A stretch of 64,000 bases of DNA from Tubiluchus corallicola (GCA_030141605.1 JAQGDQ010000538.1:1-64000); one strand, 5' to 3'; numbered from the stretch's first letter, positions 44,001 to 56,400 are shown. Program-made: numbers and translations. Notes: generated from the letters alone by a model not told the origin.

Positions 44001-47000
44001 TTGCAGTTTTCTCACTTGGTCTTAGTTTGGGCCAGAGTGCATGGAATATACGAAAGTAAGTTTATTATTAGTTACAATACGTGGACATTTGAGATTTTAA
44101 GACTTTGGGGCAACTATACTACAGTGAAAAGTAAATTTTCGGTTTTCGTTTTGGTTTTGTGTCACTTGCAGCTGACAGCAGTGGTCATCACATATTGGGC
44201 AAACACCTACCCCGTCTATACTTATGTACAAGTCGAATTTTCGGGTCAACTTACAATATGTATTTGGAGATGTTGCTAAAGAGTCGTCTACAATACGAAT
44301 ATGGGAAGAAATAATCCTGCATTATACCCTGGACTGAATGAACACTCATACTGTGATGCTTCACAAAATTAACAAATATTACTGTAATTTATTTTAATGT
44401 ATGTGAAATTAAGTTAAAATTTATATATTACTGGTAAATAAACTAGCGACGGAGCAGTCGATCAAAACATGAAAATCCCCAATGTTGTACAAGTGCTGCT
44501 GCCTGTCGGCTTCTGCAGGAAGTTTTACATTGGCCTTGTATATGCGTGTTTTGTTGACAAAATATCGATTACCAGCATACACGCGTATATAAAACACAGC
44601 TACGCAGAGGTATTGATTTTAGTAAATTGATTTATTACTCAGCCATTGTTGACATCATTTACTCTGGAAGATCTTAATATTTTATGGTCGACTTGTACAC
44701 AGCTAATATATAAAATGATGCAATTATTGGTCTTAAAATGCACATCGACTTGTACATAAGGTCGACTTGTAGACACATATATATGGTATTTTTCTATTGG
44801 ACAGACGCGTTTTCTTCGTCACTCGAATTGCACCTTGCAAAAAGTGCACATTTCAAGCTAGAAGCTGATGTAAATTATTTACTACACTCCTGTGCTTATC
44901 ATTTCACTGCTTATTAAAAGTAAAATCATTTGCTGTTTTATGTAAACTTTCTTGTGAAGTTATCTATAACCTAACATTTCCATATGAAAAATTTCGATCA
45001 AATTTAATGAACGAACAGTAAGAGCTTTTCAATGTAACTAAAATTGATTATTTTGTGGTGTTATTTTATCTCTAATTAAAGCAATTGCTGTACTTCATTA
45101 CTTGTACTCTTCTTCTAGGTCATATAGAGATAACACGGGCAAAATGCTTGGTGCATATGAGGCAATTGTTCCTCTTATTCCTGTAACTAGTTTGTTTATA
45201 ATTAGCGTTGTGTGGGCTTTTCTATCACCAAGCAACATCATAGACTCCGACCCGCGGATATTTTTCTTTTTAACAGGAACTGTTTTTTCTAATATTACGG
45301 TAAGTCAGTTACAGAATCTCAGTTGAAATTTTGATCAGTTTATGCCAGTGTAAAATGTATTTGGAATAAAGATTTTAACATGTATAAATTATATGTTCAC
45401 GTTTGATAATTAAATATCATGCGCTTTCTTGATTAATTGAAATTCTGCGAACAGGCCAAAAGCTTGTCATTCTGAAATTTTACGATTGGAGTTCATGCAT
45501 TATTGTGATATGATGATGTGAGTGAATGATATGAATTCTAGCAAGAGCCAAGGCACAGGCACAGTGTGAGTGATACGTTTCTATTTGTCTATGGTTTTTC
45601 TAGTGTTTTTAAGGGTGTGAATACATTTTGCTCAGACTGCTGAATTTAAAATTGTTTGTTTGACCTGATGCTCTTCTACAGCAGCTCAGTACAGATTCAA
45701 GATATCTTTGAAGCAAGTGCGATATCTTTAAGGAGAAATTAGCATATACAAGCCTTAATATTAGTTCACTATAGTTCATTTTGAGATAGTAAACACAGTT
45801 TTTTGCCTTTTTATTAAGGTGCTTTTGTGTAGCACTTGTTTTTTTTTGTATGTGAAATCAGTTTCTAAAAGCGTGATGTTTTAAAACGTTTTTAACTTTA
45901 ATAGGGGCTGCACTTGGCTTTTTGAAACTTTTACAATTTGGCTGCAACTTTTTGATATTTTTTGTGTATTATATTATAGATATATTATTAATAAAATACT
46001 ATTTTGTGTATGGTACAATAATATAGAAAACTTTCATATGGTCAAAAGAAAGCTAACCCATAACCTTGATAGATCAATTGTCTTGTTTAAGATTTACTGT
46101 GTAAAAAAGAGATTTTTTTAAATTATTACTGCATCCAGCAAAGATAAAATGATTTTTTTGCTTATTTAGTGTCGTCTAATAATAGCTCAGATGGCAAGCA
46201 CACGAGCAGAATTGTTCAACTGGTTGCTGATACCTCTAATCGGGTGCTTACTGGTGGTATTCTTTGTGCCAAGTTTAAGTCACTGGGAAAAACCCATACT
46301 CTATGCACTTATGGCATTTTGCACCCTGTGTCACATTCATTTTGGTGTAATTGTGGTAAGTGGTGCCAGCTTTAGCATAATGCATTGTGTTATAGAGATT
46401 TTTGTCTTCTCTGTGCTATAGCCTGCCCAATGTCAGCAGAAATGTTTATTTTGTTTTCATGTACAAATTGTTAAGCCTGCATCACCAGGTACTCTCACAA
46501 GTTTTGATCAGATTCTTAAAAAACTTCTTATGTAGCATGTTTTTTTAACTTTTTGCAATTTAATAAGAAGAATTGGGTAAAGAAATCCTATTTGAAGCGA
46601 GTTCAAACATTGTTGCATCTGAGATAGGTGCATCATTTTTTGGCTGCTAGCAGACTATCATCCAACACTCATGCAAAAAATGCAACTTTGTACTTAAGTT
46701 CAGTGTTGAAGGGTTTACATCTTCTGGGAAAATGAGAAACGGTAACAAAAAATCTTCATCTATCAAATTGTTTCTCCCCTTTAAAGCTTCTCCTAGATGT
46801 ATTACAGAAATTGTGATTCTCAATAGAGTTAGACATTTGCGTGTACAAGTTAGCTTGCATGTGATTAGCAATAGCAGCATATTTTAGTCATTGGAAGACA
46901 GTAACTTGAACTAGGTTTGGACATCATCATTTCTGACTCTTGGAAAAAGATTACGGTTATAAATATTATATCTAAGCAGTAATTTAGCAAAACTAAGAGA

Positions 47001-47486
47001 TGTAACCCTCAATATATTTTGTAATTTGAGGGTAAATTTTGTATATCGACTTAGTAAAAAGCTTTTTGACCTCAGTGGAGTAGGCCTATTTAGTTTTCGT
47101 GAGTATAAACAATGCCATGACAGGCACTATGTTTGTGCTTCTCATTCACGCAAGCAACAAACAGGCTTCTAATCTGAAAATTGTCTAGTTTCATGACTTT
47201 GTTTATGTCCATAAGAATTGTAAAATAGCAAACTGCACAGGTTATATTTTTATTTCCAAACTAAACCTAAATCCAGTTTCCAAAAACTAGTTAATCCTTT
47301 GCAATGAAACAGACTTTCAAATTTGCATTTGTCTTTTGACAACTACAACAAAGTGGATGCTGACAGTGTTTTGTAAACAGTTGCCAACCAGAGTTAATTT
47401 CATGTTTTTTTTTTCATTTCCAGGTAAGACAAATGGCTCAGCACTTAGGAATCAATGTATTCACACTTAAAAAAAAAGAAGATTGA
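38068..47486 (+). CDS. SELENOI: Ethanolaminephosphotransferase 1 / selenoprotein I orthologue (CDP-alcohol phosphotransferase), 10 coding exons; 391 aa to the TGA, 399 aa if TGA 47484-47486 is recoded (next stop TAA 47508-47510)
   Basis: Exons: 38068-38121, 38873-38941, 39641-39833, 40756-40909, 42287-42395, 43169-43286, 44007-44055, 45119-45299, 46170-46355, 47424-47486(47510). Motifs: [37 protein letters not shown], catalytic [49 protein letters not shown] (EPT1-type rather than CEPT1/CHPT1), [35 protein letters not shown]. Confidence 0.95.
44212..44786. mobile_element. Tc1/mariner-type (CCGT-ended, Tc2-like) MITE remnant
   Basis: CCGTCTATACTTATGTACAAGTCGA versus TCGACTTGTAGACACATATATATGG (19/25 inverted), TA on the right, three subterminal TCGACTTGTA repeats. 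Confidence 0.6.
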
Positions 47487-47630
47487 CAATTACTAGACAA
47501 TGCATGTTAATCTCAGGTGGGGAACAATGCGTTACCATGGAAACGCACTCATCTTGCTTTTGAGTAAACTGCGAAATGTTTGCCAGTTTCTGTGGTAACA
47601 TTTATTGCACCCAGTATTGCCATGAGAACA
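47484..47630 (+). promoter_or_regulatory. Candidate stop-codon recoding element: TGA-CAATTA plus downstream stem-loop
   Basis: TGA CAA TTA at 47484-47492; 14-bp helix 47531-47544 / 47586-47599 (two G-U pairs) with further inner and outer pairings. Confidence 0.6.
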
Positions 47631-50600
47631 AAATTCCTACAATGATCTATTCCAAATTTAAAAGTTATTTGATTTTTAGATTTTTCTTCGTTGGAATTAG
47701 ATTTTCAAAGTGATAAATTGGTACTATTGGGTGCAACGTCACTTCTGTCTATCAATGGGCAAAATGCCTTGTCTTTCACAACCTCAACCACGTTTAACTG
47801 TCAGCAAAATTTTTATTTGACTTTTATGGTTGTGTCAGGTCCAAAGTCCAGTTCTGCTCTTTTCTGTGCTTCTTACATGTCCAGAATAGATGTCAGTAAC
47901 GTTGCTTTGCTTTATGGTGCTAAATTTGCATTCTTTGATTGCAGAATTGTAATCATTTCATTCGCTCCTCATGTTTAATCGGGTTAAAAGGAAATCTGTG
48001 TGTTTAGTGCAATTGTGTGACAGTTTCTTAGCACTAAATGAAGATCTTGATGTAATGGTAAACAAAGACTAATAATGCTAACTTTCTGACATGCTGTTGC
48101 AGTCTTCATAACGGTAATAATGTTCCATAGTGTCATTATTTGCTTTGAATTATTGAATGTAATTATAACATGTGTTGTTTGATGCCATGTTAAAATGTTT
48201 CTTGTTTTTCAAATTTGGCTTTCGCAGTAGTAGTAAGTATGATAAGTGTTGTTTGCAACTTTTTACCACTTGTTGTTATCAGCTGTCTATCGATTTCTGT
48301 TTTCACTTTTTGCACTCTGACATCAGCATCCATTTGAACAAATATTGGCTAGTCATAAAGAAACCAAAGAACTTTTCTCAATATGTGAGTTTCGCACTCT
48401 TTACTATGATTTGTTATGAATTGTTGAGTGAGCTTATACATGTTTCTTATGTACTTCTTTCCATAAACTTGTTTTTTTTTTGGAAATTTGTTTGCTTTCG
48501 TTGTGGTTAGTGTACGTATTACTTTTTGCTCTGTTGTATTACAGTGTTTGTTGTTTCTGGCATCTTTCAAATTGGTATCCAGCATCAGTGTTGTTCGTAC
48601 TTTTCTTCTTCCATTGATGGTTGAGTTTGTTTAGATTCTGATAGATAGTTGTGGTACATTGTTGTTCCTTGGGATAATCATGCATTGTCTGAGACCGTAC
48701 AGCATGTAGATAATTGTGTTTTGCATTGTTTCCAACAACAATGCCAATGTTGATTGATAAGCTACCCATAAAATATGTACAAGTTCTAGAAATGGAGAGG
48801 TTTAGCAATATTAGTAATGTGGGTGTAATTGATTGATAATGAGTGCAAAATACTAAACAGTAGTAGAAATTACATTATTTTATATGCTCTGACTTAGCTG
48901 TATTATTATGGTATTTCTCAACTTTGCCACAAGTTAAAAATATAATTTTTGGAAACAATAGCTAAGTTATACTGTATTCTTTGCCTGTAATCTAGACACT
49001 TTACATACTAAGATTTTAGCTGCACATTCAGATAATTATTGTGCAACAACGAACTCTTCAGCCGTTTAAATATTTACCTATTGCTACAGAGCTATAGAAA
49101 TTCTTCAATTTTGTTAAACTTATAAGGTCTTAAAATGGATATAAATTAGGAAAATTAGAAGAAAATTTTTGTGTATTTTTTGTGATGTTCTAAAATATGA
49201 TTACCCGCACTAACAAAGACTTATAAAGATTAACCATGTATATTGCAGCAACTATGAATTACTAATTATGTATCATGTACATTCCGCAGAAAACGGTATG
49301 CTTAATCATTTGATGTGCATTGCTTTGTTTTTGGAAATGTGCATGTTGATGCTCATGCTGTGAAATATTCTTACTTTAGTAAATGTTTTGTACAAACATT
49401 GTACATTACAATGTACTTAATTATGTGAATTAGGTTACTTACCTATGTGGTTAGGTGCTTGCTGAGTTGTGAAATTTGACTGTATCATTAGCGCAGAACA
49501 TAACGAAATGGTTTAATTTAAACAGACTGAAACAGTTTTATGTTAGATAGTCATTATTAATGCCATTATTTTATTTTGGGATGAATAAGAAAATATCAAA
49601 CAATATGGAGAATTGTTTCTGGAAATATGCTAGGCAAAATTGTCTCTAAATCAGTTTTGATGTAAGCCTTGAATGTAGTCTTGTAGAGCAGCTCTCATTT
49701 TGCATATTTCGTAATTTGCAGTTTAATTTGCGCAGACAAAATCTGATACTTGCACAAGAATGAATGAAAGGAAGTGATCCTTGTGACTTTATAAACCACC
49801 AAAGCGATTATTATCTGTGAGTCAGTTATAAGTGCTGATTGTAAAAATGTCGATCCTTTGATTATTCTATTTTTATTGATATAATAACTTGTTATTAGAG
49901 AGAATCTGATGTTCTTACAAGTATGAATGGAATGATGTGTTATTCACGAATATATGCTGTGTTCCCAAAGCAGTGTATTATCAGTTGTAAAAATGCCCAT
50001 TTATTGCATTTTGATTGATTTTATTCACATTTGTATTTTTTGTGTTGAAACAGTATTAGCCGTAATAATTGTCTTTGTAAACTTGCATTAATTTGTCCTT
50101 TCTGTTATGCATATGACTTAAGTTATAAAAATTTGTAATGTTTTTGTTTTGAAAGTCATAGATAATTGATTTACTTATCTTGGCGGTAGATATCTGGTGC
50201 TTTTAATTAACTACACATTAGTTTTTAAGATGTATAGTGTACTTCGCTGTTTTAGCATTACTCTAATCAAAATTTATTGCATTTGTTTACTTTTTGGTAG
50301 AATCTGTAAATTTTGGTTAAAAGTTTCAGAAAAATTTGTTGTATAGTGCTAGTTTTCAACATAAGCATACAAGAATCGGATAAAGACTTGTGTTTATAAT
50401 GTTGCTTATAAACACACACACGCACGCGCGCACCATACATATATGCTTGTAATAATAACACATAAAGTGACAATTCTATGTACATGTATAAGCATTATCT
50501 CCTACTTTGCATTTTGAATTTTACAAGTTTTGAAAATAATCTTATACACGAAAAGCTAAGTTAAGAACCTTGCAGTGCTGTGCACAACAGCTGTTGTTAA

Positions 50601-51945
50601 AGTACAATCAACTGTGCTGTGAAATACAGTTATATTTATTTGAATGCAATAATAATTGTTACATTATCAATTAGTAAGCCTCTGAATCAACATTTGATAA
50701 TTCCACGATCGTAGCAGTAACAAACTTCTTCATACTACGCATAAATTTTTAATATTTGTGAACCGTTAAATAAAACTTTGTTGCCTCGCATATCATAAAT
50801 TGTTCTTGGCTAAGTAAGATGATGTAGTTAAGCAAAATGAACTCAGTTCATTAACCTAATAGACAACTTCACATTGTAATATTTTTGATCATGCTTTATG
50901 AACTGCATTGATAGTCTGGTGTGATTTTATAGCTTATTAGAGAGTCATGCTAATTTGAATGTTTTGACTGTGATTTGCAATCAGAATTCATGTTCGATTT
51001 TATTATTTAGCAGTAGTGAGATAACATTGCACACTGCACATGTCAGCAAATTGCTGTACCCGATCTTGTGGGGTACACATTTTCATACCGTGTAACAGCT
51101 TGTCTGTCAGATACTCTGTTGTTCTTTAAATTGGCACTTTAGATCATTGTCTGTGTTCGGAATGTGATCTTGCTTTCGTAGAAGCTGTAGATGAGGGACT
51201 ATATATCGTATGTTTTATATGTACTTCTCCCAAAAGTTTACTGATGAGTTTGCATTTTCAATAAGGCTCGAGTTTTGTATAATATTATGTTGTGTTGCAC
51301 TATGCTGTGCTATGTCATGATGTCATGCCATGTTGTTTGTTATGCTAGTTTATGTGATGCAGAATATGCTGTGTGGACTGCCAAGTTTCTTAACAGTGTG
51401 GTGCATACCACTCATGCTTCTTAGCTGATTGGAGTTGGTTTGTAATTTGATAGCAATCAAAAAAACACTAGCATATCTTTTAGGCAAGCTGCTCTAATAC
51501 ATCTTTTCGTTTCATATCATGATGATAATGCAGCAAATGTAGCAGGCTTTAGTTGAGTTAACTTTTGCAATATTTGGGAAGTTTTGTAGTGATTGTGAAA
51601 ATAAAACATGTTGCACTTTTCTGTCACACTTAATGAGCATTGTTAATTTACCATTATTGTCTTGCTTTTATAATTGTTCTAGTGATTTATGGTTATTTGC
51701 ATGTAATTACGATTGTAGTGACAGTAGAAAATGTTGTGTAGTCAATTAATAATAATATGTACATAATTTACTGTTTCAAAATGATGTGTAATGTGTACAT
51801 GTAATCAGTAGCTCTGTACATAATGTTTTGTAGAAATTTTAAGCATTGCTATATGTGTTTCACTGTGGACATCGTAAAACAAGCAAGTGCTTGTGTATAA
51901 TTTAAAAACATTTCATATGCAGATGTACTTAATAATAAATTAAAT

Positions 51946-51967
51946 TATATATATATATATATATATA
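51946..51967. repeat. (TA)n microsatellite near the EPT1/DEPTOR convergence, flanked by AATAAA motifs
   Basis: tatatatatatatatatatata with AATAAA at about 51934 and 51976. Another candidate EPT1 polyA signal lies at about 51600. Confidence 0.75.
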
Positions 51968-53479
51968 ATAAGGAAATAAATAATTTTTTATACTAAAAGT
52001 GTGTTTGTTTAGCTGTTTCATATTAGAGTTGGTTAAAAAAGGTTCTTGTCTAGTTCCCAATCTTTCACAATACAGTATAAAACTGAACATTTCAAAATCA
52101 TTCGTGTTTGATATCATACGAGTGTTTTTAACTGTGTGATTGTGGTCAACTTGTAATATTCCCCGGAGTACAAAAAAATGAGTAACTAAAATGTTTAGTC
52201 ATTACTGTTATCTTTATAATCTATTTGTAGAAAAACTAGAACAACTACCCTGTTCACAACCCACATTTTGACCTGTCATTTAAATAAAATCTGAGAGGAC
52301 TTTGATCATAAAACATTGTAATATCTATAAATTATTTAGAATCTAATACCTATATAACTAATTTCCTATAAAAATGGTATAGCATTAATGGCAATGTATC
52401 AGTTCAGTACAGAAAGACCTATTATGCCATGGCTTTACCATCACTAGTAGACAAACTAAAGTCGCAGTCGTGTCACCATTGCCAAGTAACTGCACATTTG
52501 AAAACCTGCAAATTATTTAATATTAAAACATCTGTGGCTTGTCTAGCAACTGGCACCTAAACAATAACATCCTGTAGGCTTTTTGTTATTTTTACCAAAT
52601 CCTGCTAACTTGGCTTTGCATTGAACCCATGCACTCTATCAGTGAATTTAATAAAGCTCTAGTTTCAGGCAACAGATGATGCCACATCCATGCAAACAAA
52701 ATTAATAATTTCAAAAATTCAATAATTGTACATTATTTACTTGTCACACAATTGGTCACTCATATATCTAAAAGTAGTTAAACTGAGAGTGCATTGCACA
52801 AAGGCTTCTGAATGTAATTTCCATAGAAGATTTACAAAAAGGATAATTCTCATGTTGAATATATACACACACTATTTACACACATAAAAAACTAATTTGC
52901 TGCAGGTCTCTTTAACAGCAGTTCAAATTTAAGTTGTCAAACCGAACCACTACCAAAACGCTTACATCTTACAGGACATTCCCAAGTTTATGACTTCCAT
53001 GATCAATTCTGTTAAATATACAACTCCATCTAGTGGATCAATAATTATTATTAATTAATAAATCAATATTGCACTTTTAAGTGAGCTTTTTTATGTAAAT
53101 CAACCCTGATTATACATACAGAATAACACAATTTGTTACTTACTTCTTTTGCTGATGTAGTAAATACGAAACAAACTTGACAAAATTTGTTACAAAATAA
53201 ATTTATCAAACAAAATCTTCAATTGGTGTTTACCAAAATTCATTATCGACGTAACATCAAAGCTCCAGGCCCAAAGCTTTCCTCAACAAATCATGCCAAA
53301 ACATCTGCTGTACTTAACAAAGGTCTAGTGTAGCCGCTCATCCCTGTATAACACAAAAATGCACCATAACGCGTGGCAAATTTTCATGTCCACCCTACTG
53401 CACACTTTCAGGGCTAAGTGTATGGCCTGTCATTTTTAACAGTTCAATGTCAAACACAGTCTACTAAACTCACTAATGA

Positions 53480-56400
53480 TCAACTGATAACATTGACAAC
53501 AGTCTTGTTTTTGCAATATACCATAATGGTTAAATTCACAATGCCCATTGGACTGTTGATAATCCGCTTAGCCACCACTTGGTGAGGCTGACGAAGCACA
53601 TTCTCTCCATTCACTTCACACAGGTATTGTCGAATCTGTAAGTAAATAGAATTTAATATCAAAGAAGTTACCAAAGATCTGCAAATATTATGCACACATT
53701 CATCAATAACCTAACACTTTGATTAATCTTTACAGTGTATTATAGAGTGGTAATTTTTTCAAAATTAATGACAATTTTTTCTGAATTTAGTAAAGTAGGA
53801 ATCAGAAAAAACAATCCTTGAATAAACTGTCTAAGCAATTTTACTTTTCCATTAAAAAATCGGGCAAACAATACCACAAAACAACTCAAATGTCAACATA
53901 CCCTGAGACCAGCTTCATAAGCTGGACCTTTAGGATCAACAGTCTGGACAAACGTTGGACCGTTTCCGCGGACTACGAATCCATATCCGACGGAATCACT
54001 GACAACCCGCAAACTCTTTTTTACATACGGTGAATTTGGATTTTCCAGTTCTTTAGCGCTTACTTGTCTAACAACTACAACAGTAGAATATTAATGCAAC
54101 ATTATTATTATTATTATTATTACTATTACTAGATTTATGAACTAGTAAGAAAATTGGAAATAAACTAACTTAGGCTAAAGGATAATGATTGAATCCAAAC
54201 AAATGTCCTTGCGATTTTTATAATTAACAAGTTGCAACCATGAATAACGAATTATTATTAAGTTTATAAATTATTATTAGACCAACAGTGATTAATTATT
54301 AATAATGGGTTATTATTATTTTGCTAAAAGCGTACCAGAATGAGGTAAAACTGCCACCCTATCTGGCTTATTAGACAGAGAAGAACGCTGATGTTCTACG
54401 TCATCAGCATCCTCTCCACTGTCAATGGTTTCGTTGTCATCACTATCATAGGAGCCATTACGGTTATAGTCACCCGACTCGTCAAATGACATACATCTTG
54501 ACTTGTCTAAAAAATGAAATATTCATTAATTTCAAAATAAATTTTATTACTTCAATAAATTAAATTGCAAACTTAAAAAACAAATATCGTAAAACTAAAT
54601 CGAAAGTATTAATGGACGATTAATGATACATTATTACAGAGATCTAATGCTATCAATTCTCCAGGTATATTTATGGAGTTATTGATACAATATGCAATTT
54701 TCTCAACAACAATTGAATGATTTGTGGCAAATTGCATGTCATACGAATCATCAGTCTCCGGTGGTCCCATGAGGTGTTTATTTTTTAATTCGAGACGTCC
54801 AGGAGGCCTTTAAAAATGGGCGTTTTTCACAAACTTATAAAATTGAGGTCCGAAAAGAACAGGTCCTGTGAAAGACAGGATGCTATATATCATTGAAAAA
54901 AGCTTTCAACATAGGGTGTAATAGATATAATTTAGTTTCCTGGAAGATTCATGAGCTACCAACCTGTCACAGTAACTGTTTTCCGGGAACCATCATTCCA
55001 AATTGTTTCAAAAATGCGCAAATGGGATGAGATGGGTCTAAAGTGTAAATGTTTCTTTTAGATACACATTCACTTAAAGAAATGGGAGGAGGGTGTAATT
55101 CAGAATTCTTTTTCAATCTCCCTATAACTGCGTGTTTTTGAAACAGCAACTTGTCTTTCACGACTGTTCCACGACATGGTAGTATACTTTACTTTCATAG
55201 TATATTTTCATTTTAATTTTATTCTCCTTGTAATAGTGTTATTATTGTTGGATCACTTTTGTTAATTTAAATTATAGTTCTGATCACGGTAGAATTAAGT
55301 GCCAATTTTCATTCAAGATTTCTTTTGAATGAGAGTAATAAGTAACTCGTATATGTATACTTACGTATGATGCCTAGACCTATCTATACTCTTTACATAT
55401 ATCCCAAGTAATACACAGTCTTTATAAATTAACTACCTCACATTGCATAGAGTACTGCAGTAACAAGCCGGCTGGCATGCCAACTTGCAAAGCCAATTTT
55501 TTTCCGGGAAAAGTTTTCCTGTTAATTATTGTATACCTCCACCTCAATCACCTGCTTCACAACATTAACAAGTATTTCTGTTGCAAGTAAATTAAAAGCA
55601 ATGTAATTAGTTATAAGAATAAGCCTTTTTAAAGTTTCACTGTATACAAGCACAGTTGCTATACGTCAAAGGTTAAGTGAACCAAGCAATATGTCTTAAC
55701 TACAACTGTCATGTGGCAGGTGGGTAAAGCAAAGTCGTCTGCTGCATCAGTTCAATTGATTTACGTGGAGTTTACTTAATTATTCGTTAAGGACCTTGCT
55801 TGGGAACAAGAAAAAATGCTCGATAAGCTTCTAGCTAGCATTAAAACTGTTACTATTACAATAGCATGGGGTGCGAGTTGTTGTCAAGTGTACACAAATG
55901 CATTCTCTGGTTCTCTTAACCTCTGGCCTTTTTACAATCATCATCAATCACTGGAACTGTGAAAAAGCTTATTCTACTCTTCCGGATATATATATTAATA
56001 TTTTTACTTTTCCACTGTAACCTCTTAGATATAGCAGCCACTTGCCTTATTTCAGATGGGTTTCTTATTCATACTGTAAGAGCAGAATTAATACAATAAC
56101 CAGTCCATATTTACACCTCTGGAAAATTGATTGAGTGAAAGTCAGCTAAAGCATTACTAATATAATCACCTCCATGATACGGCATGTATGGAAAGTTACT
56201 AAGGGAAATCGCAGAGATCTTACGCGTGACGTCGACGCTGCGATCAGGAGACACAATAGATGAAATTCGTCGATCGGTCTTTCTGTCTGGACTATGATCT
56301 GAAAACCGATGAAATGAAATAACAACATCGTTAAAATCATTAGTGAGAATATGTGAAAAACTCTTGCCTTTGTCACTTTTAATTATACAATAATTAAATT

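Noticed and set aside
47466-47477. A9 run as a -1 frameshift slippery site before the EPT1 TGA
   Set aside because: It is explained by the KKK codons, and no strong stimulator sits at the usual 5-9 nt spacing. Kept only as a homopolymer-error caveat.
47642-47705. ATGA-led hairpin as a SECIS
   Set aside because: The pairing puts AUCUA/UAGAU in Watson-Crick register, incompatible with a tandem G-A quartet; helix II and loop geometry are wrong.
48038-48075. ATGAA + 11 nt + AA as a SECIS
   Set aside because: The spacing fits, but the 3' side has UAAU rather than NGAN and helix II is poor.
54590-55185. Repeat-like segment in a DEPTOR intron, including ORF 54967-55161
   Set aside because: It looks like a DNA-transposon remnant, but no TIR, TSD or recognisable domain could be established.
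55431-55440. let-7-like sequence (TGAGGTAGTT on minus)
   Set aside because: Only the 5' nine bases match, there is no precursor hairpin, and the site is intronic.
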